The translations under genes were made by a program, and so were the position numbers. Source: Nannocystis bainbridge (GTDB lineage Bacteria > Myxococcota_A > Polyangia > Nannocystales > Nannocystaceae). Taken from it: a stretch of 64,000 nucleotides of DNA. The stretch lies in contig NZ_JAQNDL010000002.1 of the NCBI RefSeq assembly GCF_028368995.1, positions 1,376,001-1,440,000 on the forward strand, in the 5' to 3' direction. Every line of letters begins with the position of its first letter. The first letter of the stretch is position 1. Positions 1 through 10,281 of the stretch are shown piece after piece. The notes beneath the pieces were generated by a model that saw nothing but the letters and a program-made list of their open reading frames with translations, made no database searches and had not been told where the DNA came from.

Positions 1-2
1 GT

Positions 3-1184
3 GACCACGCCGATGCGCTGGGCCGCTCGATCAGCGAGGAGATGGGCAAGCCGATCCGCGAGGCCAGGTCCGAGGCGCGCAGCATCGCCGCCCGCGTCGA
101 GTCGTTCATCAGCGCCGCCGATCAGGCGCTCGCCGACGACGACGGGGTCGAGAACGGGATCCGCATGCGCGTGCGCTGGCGTCCGCTCGGGGTGGTGGGA
201 GTGATCGCCCCGTGGAATTATCCGGTGGCGACGCCGAGCAACCTCCTGCTGTCGGCGCTGCTCACCGGCAACGCGGCGGTGTTCAAGCCGTCGGAGTACA
301 CGCCGCACACCGGCGCGCTGCTGCACCGCCTGTACGCCGAGACCTTGCCCGAGGGACTGGTCGGCCTGGTCCAAGGGGCAGGTGCGGTCGGGGCCGCGCT
401 GGTGGCCAGCGACGTCGACATGATCGCGTTCACCGGCTCGATCGCCACCGGCCAGGCGATCATGCGCGAGGCGGCGACGACGATGAAGCGGCTGGTGCTC
501 GAGCTCGGCGGCAAGGATCCGATGCTGGTGCTGCCGGGCGCCGATCTGCAGGCCGCGGCCCGCCACGCCGCCGACGAGGCGCTGCGCAACGCGGGGCAGG
601 TGTGCGTCAGCGTCGAGCGCATCATCGTGCACGCCGACGTCGCGGCCGAGTTCACCCGCCGCGTGGCCGAGCTGGCGCGCGCGGTGAAGCCCGGCGATCC
701 GCGCGACGAGGCGACCGCGATGGGCCCGATGGCGAGCGCGCGTCAGCGCGAGCTGGTGCTCGAGCAGCTGGCCGACGCGCGCCGTCACGGGGCGACGTTC
801 GTGGTCGAGGGGCAGGCGCAGGAGCCGGGTTACTACCTGACACCGACGGTGGTCACCGATCTCAAGCCGGAGATGACGCTGGTCAAGGACGAGACGTTCG
901 GGCCCGTGGTGGCGATCCAGGTCGCGCGCGACGTCGACGAGGCGGTGCAGCTGGCCAACGACACCCGCTACGGGCTCGGCGCGAGCGTGTGGGGCGCTCC
1001 GGGGCCGGAGCTCGACGCGGTCGCTGACCGCATCGAGGCAGGCATGGTGGGCGTCAACCGCGGGCTGTCGACCGCGGCTGGCGGTCCATGGGTGGGCTGG
1101 AAGATGTCGGGCCTCGGCTACACGCGCAGCGTGGCCGGCATGCGCCACTTCCTGCAGCCGCAGTCGCAGGCCCGGCGCGCGTAG
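3..1184 (+). CDS. Aldehyde dehydrogenase family protein (5' truncated by the window edge)
   Basis: The frame is open from position 3 (DHADALGRSISEEMGKPIREA). ALDH motifs: PWNYP, KPSE, FTGS, LELGGKDP, catalytic Cys in NAGQVC, ETFGPV, NDTRYGL. Confidence 0.95.
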   Translation, partial: DHADALGRSISEEMGKPIREARSEARSIAARVESFISAADQALADDDGVENGIRMRVRWRPLGVVGVIAPWNYPVATPSNLLLSALLTGNAAVFKPSEYTPHTGALLHRLYAETLPEGLVGLVQGAGAVGAALVASDVDMIAFTGSIATGQAIMREAATTMKRLVLELGGKDPMLVLPGADLQAAARHAADEALRNAGQVCVSVERIIVHADVAAEFTRRVAELARAVKPGDPRDEATAMGPMASARQRELVLEQLADARRHGATFVVEGQAQEPGYYLTPTVVTDLKPEMTLVKDETFGPVVAIQVARDVDEAVQLANDTRYGLGASVWGAPGPELDAVADRIEAGMVGVNRGLSTAAGGPWVGWKMSGLGYTRSVAGMRHFLQPQSQARRA

Positions 1185-1637
1185 GGACGAGGGGGCGCAC
1201 GGTCGAGCCTCTCGGGTTGCAACGCCGCGAGGCCGCACGTCCGCGAGGTCGCGGGGATAGCGTGGCCCCGCGGTTGCAGATCCCGCAGGCCACGGCGCGA
1301 GGATCTGCGCGGCGGCCGTCGCGCGGCGAGTCTACGTGGTTGCTACGCGAGAAGCGTCGCGCCTCCGAGGTCGCCACGTCGTTGCAGCTTCAACGACGTG
1401 ACGCCCATGGGCCCCGAAGCGACGGATCTCGGGGCTTTCGCGTCGACAGGGGCAGGGCCGCTCGGGCCTACGGGCTTGCGAGACGCCGGCGCGAGGGCTC
1501 CCGCGTCGGTGTCGCGTGATGGCGGGGGGGTGCAGACGCGGGGCGAGGAGCCGGCCTCGCAGCGCGTCCGCCTTGCGCGAGCCGCACCGATCGGATGGGG
1601 CCTCCTGGCGCCCGCGCGCATTTGTTATGGTTCGGTC

Positions 1638-2648
1638 GTGGGCCTGCTCTCCAGCCTGCTCGCCGAGGCGGCCACCAGCCGACCCGGCGAGGTCGTGATC
1701 GAGACCGACCAGCCGCTGCGGCTCATGCACACGCAGGGCGGTGCGACGCTGGGCAAGGCGTTGTCAGGCGAGGTCGTGTTCGACGCGCTGGTCGAGGTGC
1801 TCTCGTGCGAGCAACAGGCCGACCTCGCGCTGGGCGAGTCGGTCAAGTTCGACCTGGTGGTCGATCAGGTCATGTGGCACCTGGTCGGAGAGACAGCGCT
1901 CGAGATGACCTCGGTGCGCGCGCGGCCCGGCGTCGACGGGTTCGAGCCGGGCGACAGCGTCAACATCGCCCTCGACGAGCCCGAGCCCGAGGCGCTGCGA
2001 CAGCCGCGGCGTCACACGTCCGGACCGGCCGAGCTCGACATCGAGATCCAGATCGACGACGACGGGCAGGAGGAGCGCGCCGGCGTGCGCCTGGCGGCGT
2101 TGCGGCCGCTCGCGGTCGAGGCAGAGCCGCGCGTGGGCTGGCCGCGACGGATCGCGGGCACCGGCTGGAACGGGCGCGCCGAGTCGCCGCGCCGCCGCAA
2201 TGCGCCGCCCTCGACGCTGCGCGACGCGGGTCGCCGCGAAGACCTCGATGCGATGGCGCTGGCGATCCCGAGCGGCACGCTCGCGTTCTTGCACCGCGTC
2301 GAGGGCGGGGCCGACCCGCTGGCGCGAGCGCTCGGCTGGCCGCTGCGGATCATCGGCGAGCGCGACGCGCCCGATCGTGTGCATGGCGAAATCGCGGCGT
2401 TGCCTGACGGCGTGGCGCTGGTGGTCCGCCTCGAAGATCCGAGCCCGTGGCTGCCGTGGCTGTTGCGCCGGGTCGAGGAGGGCAGGCGCGTGCTCGTCGA
2501 GACGCAGGCGACCTCGCCCGCGGGAGCGCGACGGATCGCCCTCGGCGTGGCAGCGAGTGACCGGGCCGAGGCGTGGCTGTCGGCCGTCCGCGTGGTCCAT
2601 GCGGCGCAGCTCGGCGGGGAGTGGACGCTGCTGGCCTTCGAGGCATGA
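1638..2648 (+). CDS. Hypothetical protein, possibly a degenerate PilT/secretion-ATPase-like protein
   Basis: GC3-biased coding begins at about GTG 1638. The N-terminus (LLSSLLAEAA...EVLSCEQQADL...VKFDL) resembles the PilT N-domain pattern. No Walker A motif. Start uncertain. Confidence 0.55.
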   Translation: MGLLSSLLAEAATSRPGEVVIETDQPLRLMHTQGGATLGKALSGEVVFDALVEVLSCEQQADLALGESVKFDLVVDQVMWHLVGETALEMTSVRARPGVDGFEPGDSVNIALDEPEPEALRQPRRHTSGPAELDIEIQIDDDGQEERAGVRLAALRPLAVEAEPRVGWPRRIAGTGWNGRAESPRRRNAPPSTLRDAGRREDLDAMALAIPSGTLAFLHRVEGGADPLARALGWPLRIIGERDAPDRVHGEIAALPDGVALVVRLEDPSPWLPWLLRRVEEGRRVLVETQATSPAGARRIALGVAASDRAEAWLSAVRVVHAAQLGGEWTLLAFEA

Positions 2649-2941
2649 CCCCGGGGACAGGTTGCTCGGCGCCCCGTCGGAGCGGTCAGTGGCAGATTTT
2701 CTGACGACGTGACCGAAAGGTCATGTCGGGAGGAAGACGCGCCGCGCGGTTCGGCGACGGATCGACCTGGCTCGAAGGACAGCCTTCACGGCCGGTCACG
2801 AAGGACAGCGCCTGCGAGCCGCCTCTCTCCGCGGTGCGGGGGCTTGGCTCGGCAGGTGGGCGACGAGCGAGACTGCTTGCTGTTCGCAGGGACCTGTACG
2901 AAAGGCCAGATCCGGAGCGCGTCCGCTCGACGCGTCGCGCG

Positions 2942-3157
2942 TCACTCTTCGCCGTCTTGCGGCTCCTGGACGGCGGCCAGCGAGCCCTTGGCGCCCTCTT
3001 GGGCGATCTGCTGGTAGAGCTCCTCGCGGTACACCGGGAGCCCTTGCGGGGCAGAGATGCCGAGGCGAACCTGACGCCCGCGGATCTCTCGGACGACGAT
3101 CTCGATGTTGTCCCCGATCCGGATCTTCTGCCCGACTTTTCTGGTTAGCGTCAACAT
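2942..3157 (-). CDS. csrA: Carbon storage regulator CsrA/RsmA
   Basis: MLTLTRKVGQKIRIGDNIEIVVREIRGRQVRLGISAP...VYREELY is the canonical CsrA signature. GGAGG SD upstream. Confidence 0.96.
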   Translation of the reverse strand: MLTLTRKVGQKIRIGDNIEIVVREIRGRQVRLGISAPQGLPVYREELYQQIAQEGAKGSLAAVQEPQDGEE

Positions 3158-3436
3158 GGAAACCCTCCGTGGCGGAGCCGGTGCACCCCAATGAGTATCA
3201 CGCCGAAGCGATCCTCGTACCCGATAGCTATTGAGGAATATCGAGTTTTCTGCAAGAGCTTCTTTCGCGCGTGACAGGCTGATTCCGCTCGGATTACGGC
3301 CGATCGCGCCAAGAAGCGCGATTTTGAGCGGGGCCTCGATCTGTCCCGAAGACCAGGTAGAAACACGCCGACTCGGAGGGCCCCGCGGCGCGTCGATCGT
3401 GCATCGCCTGCGCGTTCGCTCGACATGTCGCGCGCG

Positions 3437-5254
3437 TCACTCGCGGCACAGGCCTTGTTCGCGCGCTTGCTCGGCTGGATCGGTGGCGACCTGCGCGAGG
3501 TCGCAGTGCAGCGCCGGGATGAACGGGTTCACGCGCAGCGCTCGCGCGAGCGCGAGGCGAGCGCCCGCGAGGTCGCCGACCAGTCGCAACGCGCGGCCCT
3601 CGGCGGCGGCGAGGTTCGGCTGCTCCGGATCGTCCTCGCCGGCGCGACGCAGCAGCGGCACCGCGCGCGCGGCCTTGCCGAGCTGGAGATAGAGCTCGCC
3701 GAGGCGCCGCGCGAGCTTGGCGTCGTCGCGCACGCGCGCGTCGGCGGCCCGAGCTTTCTCGTACTGCTTGGCCGCGGCGCCGAGGTGTCCGCGGAGCGTG
3801 AGCAGCACGCCGAGCCGCGCGTGCTGACGCGCTGCGCCGCCGCCGAGATGCGAGAACACGTCGCCGAGCAGCGAGAGATCTTCGCCCGCCTCGGCCGCGG
3901 CCTGCTGCTCGGGCGCGAGGAACTGCAGCTTGCGCAGCGCGCCGCCGGGCTTGCCCGCGGTGCGCTTCTTCATCAGCTCGCGCCAGTGGGCGTCGAAGCG
4001 CGCGAAGGTGTCGCCCCACGCGGTCGCCAGCGCGGCCTCGGCGTCCTCGCCGGCGGCGACGCGGCGCAGCAGCTCGTCGATGCCGGCGCCGCCGCGCTCC
4101 TCGCGGAGCACACCGAGCATGGTCTGGACCTGCGCGTAGGCGAGGGCGGCCCGCTCCTGCGACGGCAGCATCGCCAGCGACGGGTACATCTCGGCGAACG
4201 TGACGAGGTCGTCGGCCGCCAGCGCCTTGGCCAGCAGCTTGCGCGCGGGCGGCTCGAGCGGCAGCGGCTCGGGGCTGCGCCAGCGCGTCTCGAGCAGCTT
4301 GGCCAGGCCCTCCTGCAGCCACACGGGGGCGCGGTTGCGGGTCTTGAGGGTGACGAGGTAGTGCACGTACTCGTGCACGGCGGTGTCGATCCAGCCGTAG
4401 CCGTAGAGCATCACCCGCGGCGAGACCATGACGATCCGCCGGTACTTGGTGATGCCGACGGTGCCGGTCGTGTACACGTTCTCGCGCGTGAGCGGCGAGA
4501 CCAGCGCGAGCTTGACCGCGTCGTCGAGGATCTCGAAGCGCACCGGGTGATCGGGCTCGATGCCGAGGTCGGCGGCGAACGCCTGGCGGGCCTCGGCCAT
4601 GGCCGCGAACAGGTACGGCGCGATCAGCTCGTCCTTGGCGTTGGCGAACACGACCTCGACCTGGCCGTCGGGGCTGACGAGCCGCGTGGCCGGGCCGAGC
4701 GCCCGCTGGGCCCCGCGCGCGAGGTCGAGGTAGTGCTGGGCCTCCTCGCGCAGCGCCCCGGCCGGCGGCAGCTGCCCGGAGGCGACCGCGCCCGCCAGCA
4801 GCGACTCGGACTCGGGGTAGGCCGCGCGGTGGAACGCCAGCACGCCCGCCTTGACGTCGCGCGCCGAGCCGCTCGGCATGGCGGCGACCGCTTCGGCGGC
4901 GTCGGTGAGGTCCCAGGCGTTGATCGCCCCGTCGAAGCGCTCGGCGAGGTCCGCCCAGGCTTCGGCGGATCCGAGCGCGAGCGGAGCGCCTGTCGCTGGG
5001 GCCATGGCGTAGAGGACAGGGTCTTTCGGACCTGTCGCATCGGCCATGACCGCAGGGCCAGATGACCGTTCGGACATGGCCGAACCGCCATGTCCTTCGG
5101 CGCCTGGCCCTTGGGCCGTGTCGATATCGACATGTCCTGGAGGACCTGCGGTATTAGACATGTCCGATTCGACATGTCCTTGGGGACCGGAGCCGCAGCC
5201 GACGAGGGCGAGGGCGAGGGCGAGGCTGCGCGGCAGGGTGGGCCGGGTCGTCAT
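3437..5254 (-). CDS. Lipoprotein, peptidase MA-like (gluzincin) domain plus TPR repeats
   Basis: ATG overlaps the upstream stop (ATGA at 5251-5254). Lipobox LALVGC, HEYVH...PVWLQEGLA zinc motif, C-terminal TPR-like helices. Confidence 0.85.
   Translation of the reverse strand: MTTRPTLPRSLALALALVGCGSGPQGHVESDMSNTAGPPGHVDIDTAQGPGAEGHGGSAMSERSSGPAVMADATGPKDPVLYAMAPATGAPLALGSAEAWADLAERFDGAINAWDLTDAAEAVAAMPSGSARDVKAGVLAFHRAAYPESESLLAGAVASGQLPPAGALREEAQHYLDLARGAQRALGPATRLVSPDGQVEVVFANAKDELIAPYLFAAMAEARQAFAADLGIEPDHPVRFEILDDAVKLALVSPLTRENVYTTGTVGITKYRRIVMVSPRVMLYGYGWIDTAVHEYVHYLVTLKTRNRAPVWLQEGLAKLLETRWRSPEPLPLEPPARKLLAKALAADDLVTFAEMYPSLAMLPSQERAALAYAQVQTMLGVLREERGGAGIDELLRRVAAGEDAEAALATAWGDTFARFDAHWRELMKKRTAGKPGGALRKLQFLAPEQQAAAEAGEDLSLLGDVFSHLGGGAARQHARLGVLLTLRGHLGAAAKQYEKARAADARVRDDAKLARRLGELYLQLGKAARAVPLLRRAGEDDPEQPNLAAAEGRALRLVGDLAGARLALARALRVNPFIPALHCDLAQVATDPAEQAREQGLCRE
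4987..5192. repeat. 14-bp-period palindrome array (GACATGTC-like, 15 units) inside the CDS
   Basis: Cores at 4987, 5001, 5015, 5029, 5043, 5057/59, 5073, 5087, 5101, 5115, 5129, 5143, 5157, 5171, 5185. Confidence 0.9.
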
Positions 5255-8200
5255 CGCAGGAGCTCCTCGTAGTAGCGCTCGACCGAGCCGCGGAAGCCCT
5301 CCGGCGCGCGCTCCTTCATCGCCTCCATCAGCTCGTCGCGGAGCGAGCGGTCGCGCTCGGTCTCGGTCGAGACCTCGTCGGGAGGAGAGGTCGTCTGCGG
5401 CGCGGACGAGCTGTCGCGCAGGCTGTCGAGCGCGCGCTGGAGGCCGCCGAGGGCGCCGCTCTGGCGCTCGAGCGCCGGGCCGCCGCGACGCTCGCCGAGC
5501 GCGCCGCTGCTGCCCTCCATCTCCGAAATGGCGCCGCGCATGGCCTGCTTGCCGGGGTCGGGCAGATGGCGGGCGTTGGGGCTCTCGAGCACCTGCGCGG
5601 CGCGGGCCCGCAGGCCCTGCTGCTTCTGCGAGAGGCCGTCGAAGCGGGCCTGGGCGGCCTCGTCGAGGCCTTCGGTCGGGGTCGGGAGCTGGGCCTCGAG
5701 CAGCTTGCGCAGGGCGTCGCCGCGCTCGCGCAGCGGTCCGAGCTGCCGGCGCTCCTGCGAGTCGGCGCCCGCGCCGGCGACGGCCCGCTCGAGCGCCTGG
5801 GCGGCGGCCCGCGCGGCCTCGGCGGTGGCGAGGGCCTTGGGCTCGCTCGCCTGGGCCTCGGCGGCCACGCGCTGCAGCTGCTCGCGGGCGTCCTCGAGCG
5901 CGCGCCGGCCATCGCGGCCGAGCCGGGCGTCGTTGATCGCGTCGAGCGCCTTGCCGAGCGCGGCGGCCTGCCTGGCGGCCTGCTCGGCGGTCGTCTGTTC
6001 GAGGGCGCGGGTCTGGGCCTGCTTGCGCCACTGCTCGTGGAGCGACCGACTCTCGCCGCGCAGGCCAGTCTCCTCGTCCTGGATCCGGCTGATCTCTCGC
6101 ATCAGCTCCATGCGCGCCCGCTCCTCGGGCGTCATCGCGGCCCCTGGCCCCGAGGCCATGCGGTCCTGGACGCCGGAGCGCAGCTGGCGGAGCTCGTCGA
6201 GCACGCCGCGGGCGCGGTCGAGGGCGCCGTCGACGTCGCCCTGGCGCAGCTGCTCGCCGACGTCCTGCTGGCGCAGCTGCTCGGCCATCGACTCGAAGGC
6301 GTCGGTGTTGAGGAATTCCTGGCCGAGCTCCTTGTCGAGCTTGGACCGCGCCTCCGACAGTCGGCGCAGGTCCTCGCGGATCCGCTGCTGCAGCTGATCG
6401 ACTTCGCCGCGCACGCTCTCGTCGCCGGCCTTGAGCCGCTCGAGCAGGTCGACGAGCTTCTGCTGCGAGGTCTGCAAGCGGGCCACCAGCTGCTCGATCT
6501 GCGCCAGCAGCTGGTTGTCGACCAGGTCGTCGAGGCGAATGACCTCGTCCTCGAGCTGGGTCAGCTGCAGGCGATTGGTGGCAGACAGCTTGCCGAGGAT
6601 CCGCGCGGCGGCGTCGGGACGCTCGGCCTCGGCGCCCGGGGGGAGCTCCTCGTGCTCGGCCGACTCGCGCCGATGCAGCTCCATCAGCCGCTTGTGCACG
6701 CCGACCAGGACGGCGACGTCGCGCGGCGGCGCGAGAGTGTCGACGGACAGCGCGTCGATCGCGGTGCTGATCGCGGCCAGCAAACCACCCGAGGCGGCCA
6801 GGAGCTCGCGCATGCCGGCGACGCGACGCGCGGGATCGCCGTCGTCGACGGGCGCGGCCTGATCGTCGGCGCGGATCAGACCTGGCTCTTCGGTCAGCAT
6901 GCGGCGCGCCAGGAGATCGACGGCGGTGTCGCGCAGGGCGGCCAGGTGGGCGAGGTTCTCGGCGTGCTCGGTCTCCTGATCGCGGATCGTCAGGGTCATC
7001 TTCGCCGAGCGAGCGACCTTGCCGGGCGGATCGGCGAGCGGCACGAGGCCGAGACCGGGGTCGTTGTCGCGGACCTCGATCCAGTAGGTGAGTCGCCCGC
7101 GATCCTCGACCGGCAGCGAGGACAGGTCCCAGGCGTAGCGGTGCTGCCAGGTGCGGGCGCGGGCCGGCGGAGCGCCGGCATCGAGGCGCACGGGCTGTTT
7201 GTCGCCGCCCTCGAACACGAGCACCGCGCTGGCGATGCCGAAGTCGTCGCGGGCCTTGAAGCGCAGCTCGACGCTGTCGAGCTCGCTCGGGGCGCTCTGC
7301 GAGCGGGGCAGGGGCAAGAGCTCGATCTCCGGCGGCTCGTCGGCCTCGAGCTCGAGCGGAGCCGGGGCGGACCGGGCCGGCCCGTCGCCGTCCTCGGGCG
7401 TGACGACGATGTGCCAGCTGCCGGCGCCGCGCACGACGAAGCGGCCGCGCCACTTGCCGTCTGTCTCTCGGGACAGGTCGATGCGCTCGGGCGCGGGCGG
7501 CTCGGACAGCGGCCCCTGGTCGTAGCTGAGGATTACGTGCACGGCGCTGGCGGGCCGCCGCGTCTCGAGCTCGACCTCGGTCTCGGTGCCGGCGAGGGCC
7601 CGCACGGCGCCGCTGGGGTTGATGAGCTGACGCGGCACCCGGCCGCTGTACTCGGGGTAGCGCAGGGTGAGGCTGAGGGCGGACCAGACCGGCGCGGGCG
7701 GGGCCGGCGGGCGCCCGTCCTCGGCGGCTCGGATCAGCTCGAGCCCGCGCGCGAACTCGGGGTAACCCGCGAGCACGGCCGCGAGCAGGGCCAGCAGCGC
7801 GGTGGTGAGCGCAGGGACGCGGAGGTTGGCGGGCGGCGCCGCGAGGTCCGGCCGGGCTTCGCTGAGCGACCACTCGACCTGCCGCACGTAGGCCGTGGCG
7901 AGGTCCTGAGACCCGAGGTGACCGCCCGGCCCGGCGAGCAGGAGTTCGGTGGCCCCGAGGATCTCGCGGCGCAGCGAGCTGTCGGAGCGCAGAAAAGGTG
8001 ACGCCTCGCGGGGTCGGCGCGTGAGCGCCCCGCGGAATTGGGCTATGGTAAGCGCCGTCCGATGGGGAGTCCCAGTCAGTGCGAGGATCCGACGCCACGC
8101 GCGTCCGAACAGGGCCAGCAGCGTGACGACGGCGCCGGCGAGCCAGCCGGCCGCGGCGAGATCGCCACGCAAGGTCCAGCCCGCGAGCCCGGCCGCGACC

Positions 8201-8319
8201 ACGGCCAGAGCCAGCAAGAGGGCGACGCAGTGGAGCGCCGCCGCCGCGAGCTCCCGCCGTCGCACGACCCGGCGAACGGCTGCCAGAAACTCGAGCAGAG
8301 GCGGGGGACGGACGTTCAT
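5251..8319 (-). CDS. DUF4175-like large membrane-anchored coiled-coil protein
   Basis: N-terminal TM helices, Ig-like region with ARDDFGI and EVRDND motifs, long Q/E/R-rich coiled coil, C-terminal P..FR..VERYYEELL. Confidence 0.8.
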   Translation of the reverse strand: MNVRPPPLLEFLAAVRRVVRRRELAAAALHCVALLLALAVVAAGLAGWTLRGDLAAAGWLAGAVVTLLALFGRAWRRILALTGTPHRTALTIAQFRGALTRRPREASPFLRSDSSLRREILGATELLLAGPGGHLGSQDLATAYVRQVEWSLSEARPDLAAPPANLRVPALTTALLALLAAVLAGYPEFARGLELIRAAEDGRPPAPPAPVWSALSLTLRYPEYSGRVPRQLINPSGAVRALAGTETEVELETRRPASAVHVILSYDQGPLSEPPAPERIDLSRETDGKWRGRFVVRGAGSWHIVVTPEDGDGPARSAPAPLELEADEPPEIELLPLPRSQSAPSELDSVELRFKARDDFGIASAVLVFEGGDKQPVRLDAGAPPARARTWQHRYAWDLSSLPVEDRGRLTYWIEVRDNDPGLGLVPLADPPGKVARSAKMTLTIRDQETEHAENLAHLAALRDTAVDLLARRMLTEEPGLIRADDQAAPVDDGDPARRVAGMRELLAASGGLLAAISTAIDALSVDTLAPPRDVAVLVGVHKRLMELHRRESAEHEELPPGAEAERPDAAARILGKLSATNRLQLTQLEDEVIRLDDLVDNQLLAQIEQLVARLQTSQQKLVDLLERLKAGDESVRGEVDQLQQRIREDLRRLSEARSKLDKELGQEFLNTDAFESMAEQLRQQDVGEQLRQGDVDGALDRARGVLDELRQLRSGVQDRMASGPGAAMTPEERARMELMREISRIQDEETGLRGESRSLHEQWRKQAQTRALEQTTAEQAARQAAALGKALDAINDARLGRDGRRALEDAREQLQRVAAEAQASEPKALATAEAARAAAQALERAVAGAGADSQERRQLGPLRERGDALRKLLEAQLPTPTEGLDEAAQARFDGLSQKQQGLRARAAQVLESPNARHLPDPGKQAMRGAISEMEGSSGALGERRGGPALERQSGALGGLQRALDSLRDSSSAPQTTSPPDEVSTETERDRSLRDELMEAMKERAPEGFRGSVERYYEELLR

Positions 8320-8468
8320 GAGGGCCGGCGGGGGCGTCGGTCGCTCTTCGGTATATCTCCCTTAAACCACTTCGTCACGGTCCGGATCCGCCAGGCGCTC
8401 CGGCAACTCCCCCGCGCGCAGGCCGCACTCTGAATAGTGCGGCCGCGCGCCCGTAGAAGGACGCTCAC

Positions 8469-9134
8469 GTGGTTCCTCCAGAAGCCGACGACCAAGCCCT
8501 GGTCGAAGCGTGTCGCCACGGCGACCGGCAAGCCTTCCGCCTGCTGACGCAGCGCTACCAGCGCAAGGTCTACTCGATCGCCTACGGGTTCTTGCGCAAC
8601 CCGGAAGACGCGCTCGACGTCGTGCAGGAGAGCTTCATCAAGGTCCACCGGTACCTCCACAACTTCGAGGGCAACTCGAGCTTTTATACGTGGCTGTACC
8701 GGATCGTGACCAACCTCTGCATCGATCACATCCGCAAGAACCGGCGCCACAAGGAGCTCGAGTTCGACGACGGGCTGCGCCACGACGACGACGGCGACAC
8801 GGCGTTCGTGCCGCCGTCACCGCTCGGCGACCCCGCCAGCCTGGTGCAGCGGCGAGAGATCCTGGAGGCGGTGCAGGACGGGCTCCAGCACCTCAGTGAC
8901 AAGCATCGCGCCGTGATCGTGATGCGCGAGCTCCAGGGCATGTCGTACGAAGAGATGGCGCGCACGATGGGCTGCTCGAAGGGCACGATCATGAGCCGGC
9001 TCTTCCACGCCCGGCGCAACATGCAGCGCCTCCTCACCGAACGGCTGGGCTACGTGCCGAGCGGACCGACCGGCGGGGCCGATGAAGATTCCGACGCTGA
9101 GCGCGTCCCAGCACCACAACCCATGCTGCCATGA
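8469..9134 (+). CDS. ECF sigma-70 factor (RpoE/SigW-like)
   Basis: [33 protein letters not shown] (region 2); [22 protein letters not shown] (region 4). Confidence 0.95.
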   Translation: MVPPEADDQALVEACRHGDRQAFRLLTQRYQRKVYSIAYGFLRNPEDALDVVQESFIKVHRYLHNFEGNSSFYTWLYRIVTNLCIDHIRKNRRHKELEFDDGLRHDDDGDTAFVPPSPLGDPASLVQRREILEAVQDGLQHLSDKHRAVIVMRELQGMSYEEMARTMGCSKGTIMSRLFHARRNMQRLLTERLGYVPSGPTGGADEDSDAERVPAPQPMLP

Positions 9135-9775
9135 CCGAGCCGCATTTCGACCCGCAGCAACTCAACGCCTACCTCGACGGCGAGCTTTCAGCGCCGGAGC
9201 GCGCCGATGTCGAGCGGCTGCTCTCGGCCAACCCGCAGGCCAGCGCCTACCTCGCCGGGCTGCGCGCGCTCCAGGGGGCCGTGGTCGCCGGATTCGAGGC
9301 CGAGGCCGCCAAGGTGCCCGAGGCGCGGTTCGAACAGATCTGGGACGAGATCGAGCGCACCCTCGACCGGGATCTTCGTTTGCAGAAGGCGCCGGAGCCG
9401 CCGCCCTCGCTGTGGGCGCGACTGCGCGGCGCGTTGCGCCCGGTGTTCGTGCCGGTGGCGTCGGTCGCGGCGGTGGCCGCGGTGGTGGTGGTGTTGTGGA
9501 GCGGGCGCGGCGCCGTCGAGGCTCCGGCGGACACGGCGCCGATGGTCGCGTCGAAGCCGGTCGCCGAGCAACCTGTTCTTGCGGACAGCTCGAAGCCGGC
9601 GCCCGAGGAGAGCGCCGTCGTGTTGCCCGAGCCGAACGGCGGACCGGCGCACATTCAGCGGATCGATTGGGGCGTCAAGTCGGGACGCATCAGCGAGATC
9701 GAGGGCAAGCGCAACACGACCACGGTGATCTGGATCTCCGACGACGACCCTAGCAGCAGTGAGCGTTCCTTATGA
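9131..9775 (+). CDS. Membrane-anchored anti-sigma factor
   Basis: [21 protein letters not shown] anti-sigma domain, single TM, translational coupling (ATGA) to the ECF sigma gene. Confidence 0.85.
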   Translation: MTEPHFDPQQLNAYLDGELSAPERADVERLLSANPQASAYLAGLRALQGAVVAGFEAEAAKVPEARFEQIWDEIERTLDRDLRLQKAPEPPPSLWARLRGALRPVFVPVASVAAVAAVVVVLWSGRGAVEAPADTAPMVASKPVAEQPVLADSSKPAPEESAVVLPEPNGGPAHIQRIDWGVKSGRISEIEGKRNTTTVIWISDDDPSSSERSL

Positions 9776-10281
9776 TGTACAAGTCGATCACGAAGCGGCT
9801 GTTGGCCACGACCGTCGTTGCCGTCCTGCTCCCCGGCGTCGCCGGGACCACGTACCTCCTGCCGGACGTGGCGCACGCCGAGGTCAAGACGGTCGCCTGC
9901 AAGATCACCGCGTTCCTGGCCCAGAAGGACGGCGACGGCACCATCCCCGCGGACCTCAAGTTCCTCGAGGAGCAGCTGCACGACGACTCGTTCGCGGCCT
10001 TCAAGGGCTTCCGCTTGCTCGAGACCAAGGCGCTGCGCCTTGGCGTCGACAAGCCCGGCCTCGCGGCGCTCAAGTCGGGCTTTCAGCTCAAGCTCAGCCT
10101 GCTCGGCGAGGTCAACAACAAGCTCAAGCTGCACGCCAACCTGCTGGCGCCCGGCCGCGACGCGCCGCTCGTCGACACCGACTACGCGATCGACGACAAC
10201 GGCCTGCTGCTGGTCGGCGGCGTGCGCCACCTCGAGGGCAAGATCTTCTTCGCCCTCCAGTGTGGCAAGCAGCCGAGCTGA
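9772..10281 (+). CDS. Secreted hypothetical protein
   Basis: Signal peptide ending AHA-E, strong codon bias, start overlaps the anti-sigma stop. Confidence 0.75.
   Translation: MMYKSITKRLLATTVVAVLLPGVAGTTYLLPDVAHAEVKTVACKITAFLAQKDGDGTIPADLKFLEEQLHDDSFAAFKGFRLLETKALRLGVDKPGLAALKSGFQLKLSLLGEVNNKLKLHANLLAPGRDAPLVDTDYAIDDNGLLLVGGVRHLEGKIFFALQCGKQPS

Noticed and set aside
1217-1394. Four GTTGC(A/T) motifs in the ALDH downstream region
   Set aside because: Short, irregularly spaced and not distinguishable from chance.
3437-8098. 1553-aa ORF from the track as a single gene
   Set aside because: The upstream part is an Arg/Pro-rich shadow frame of the DUF4175 gene. The real CDS starts at ATG 5254 with a lipobox.
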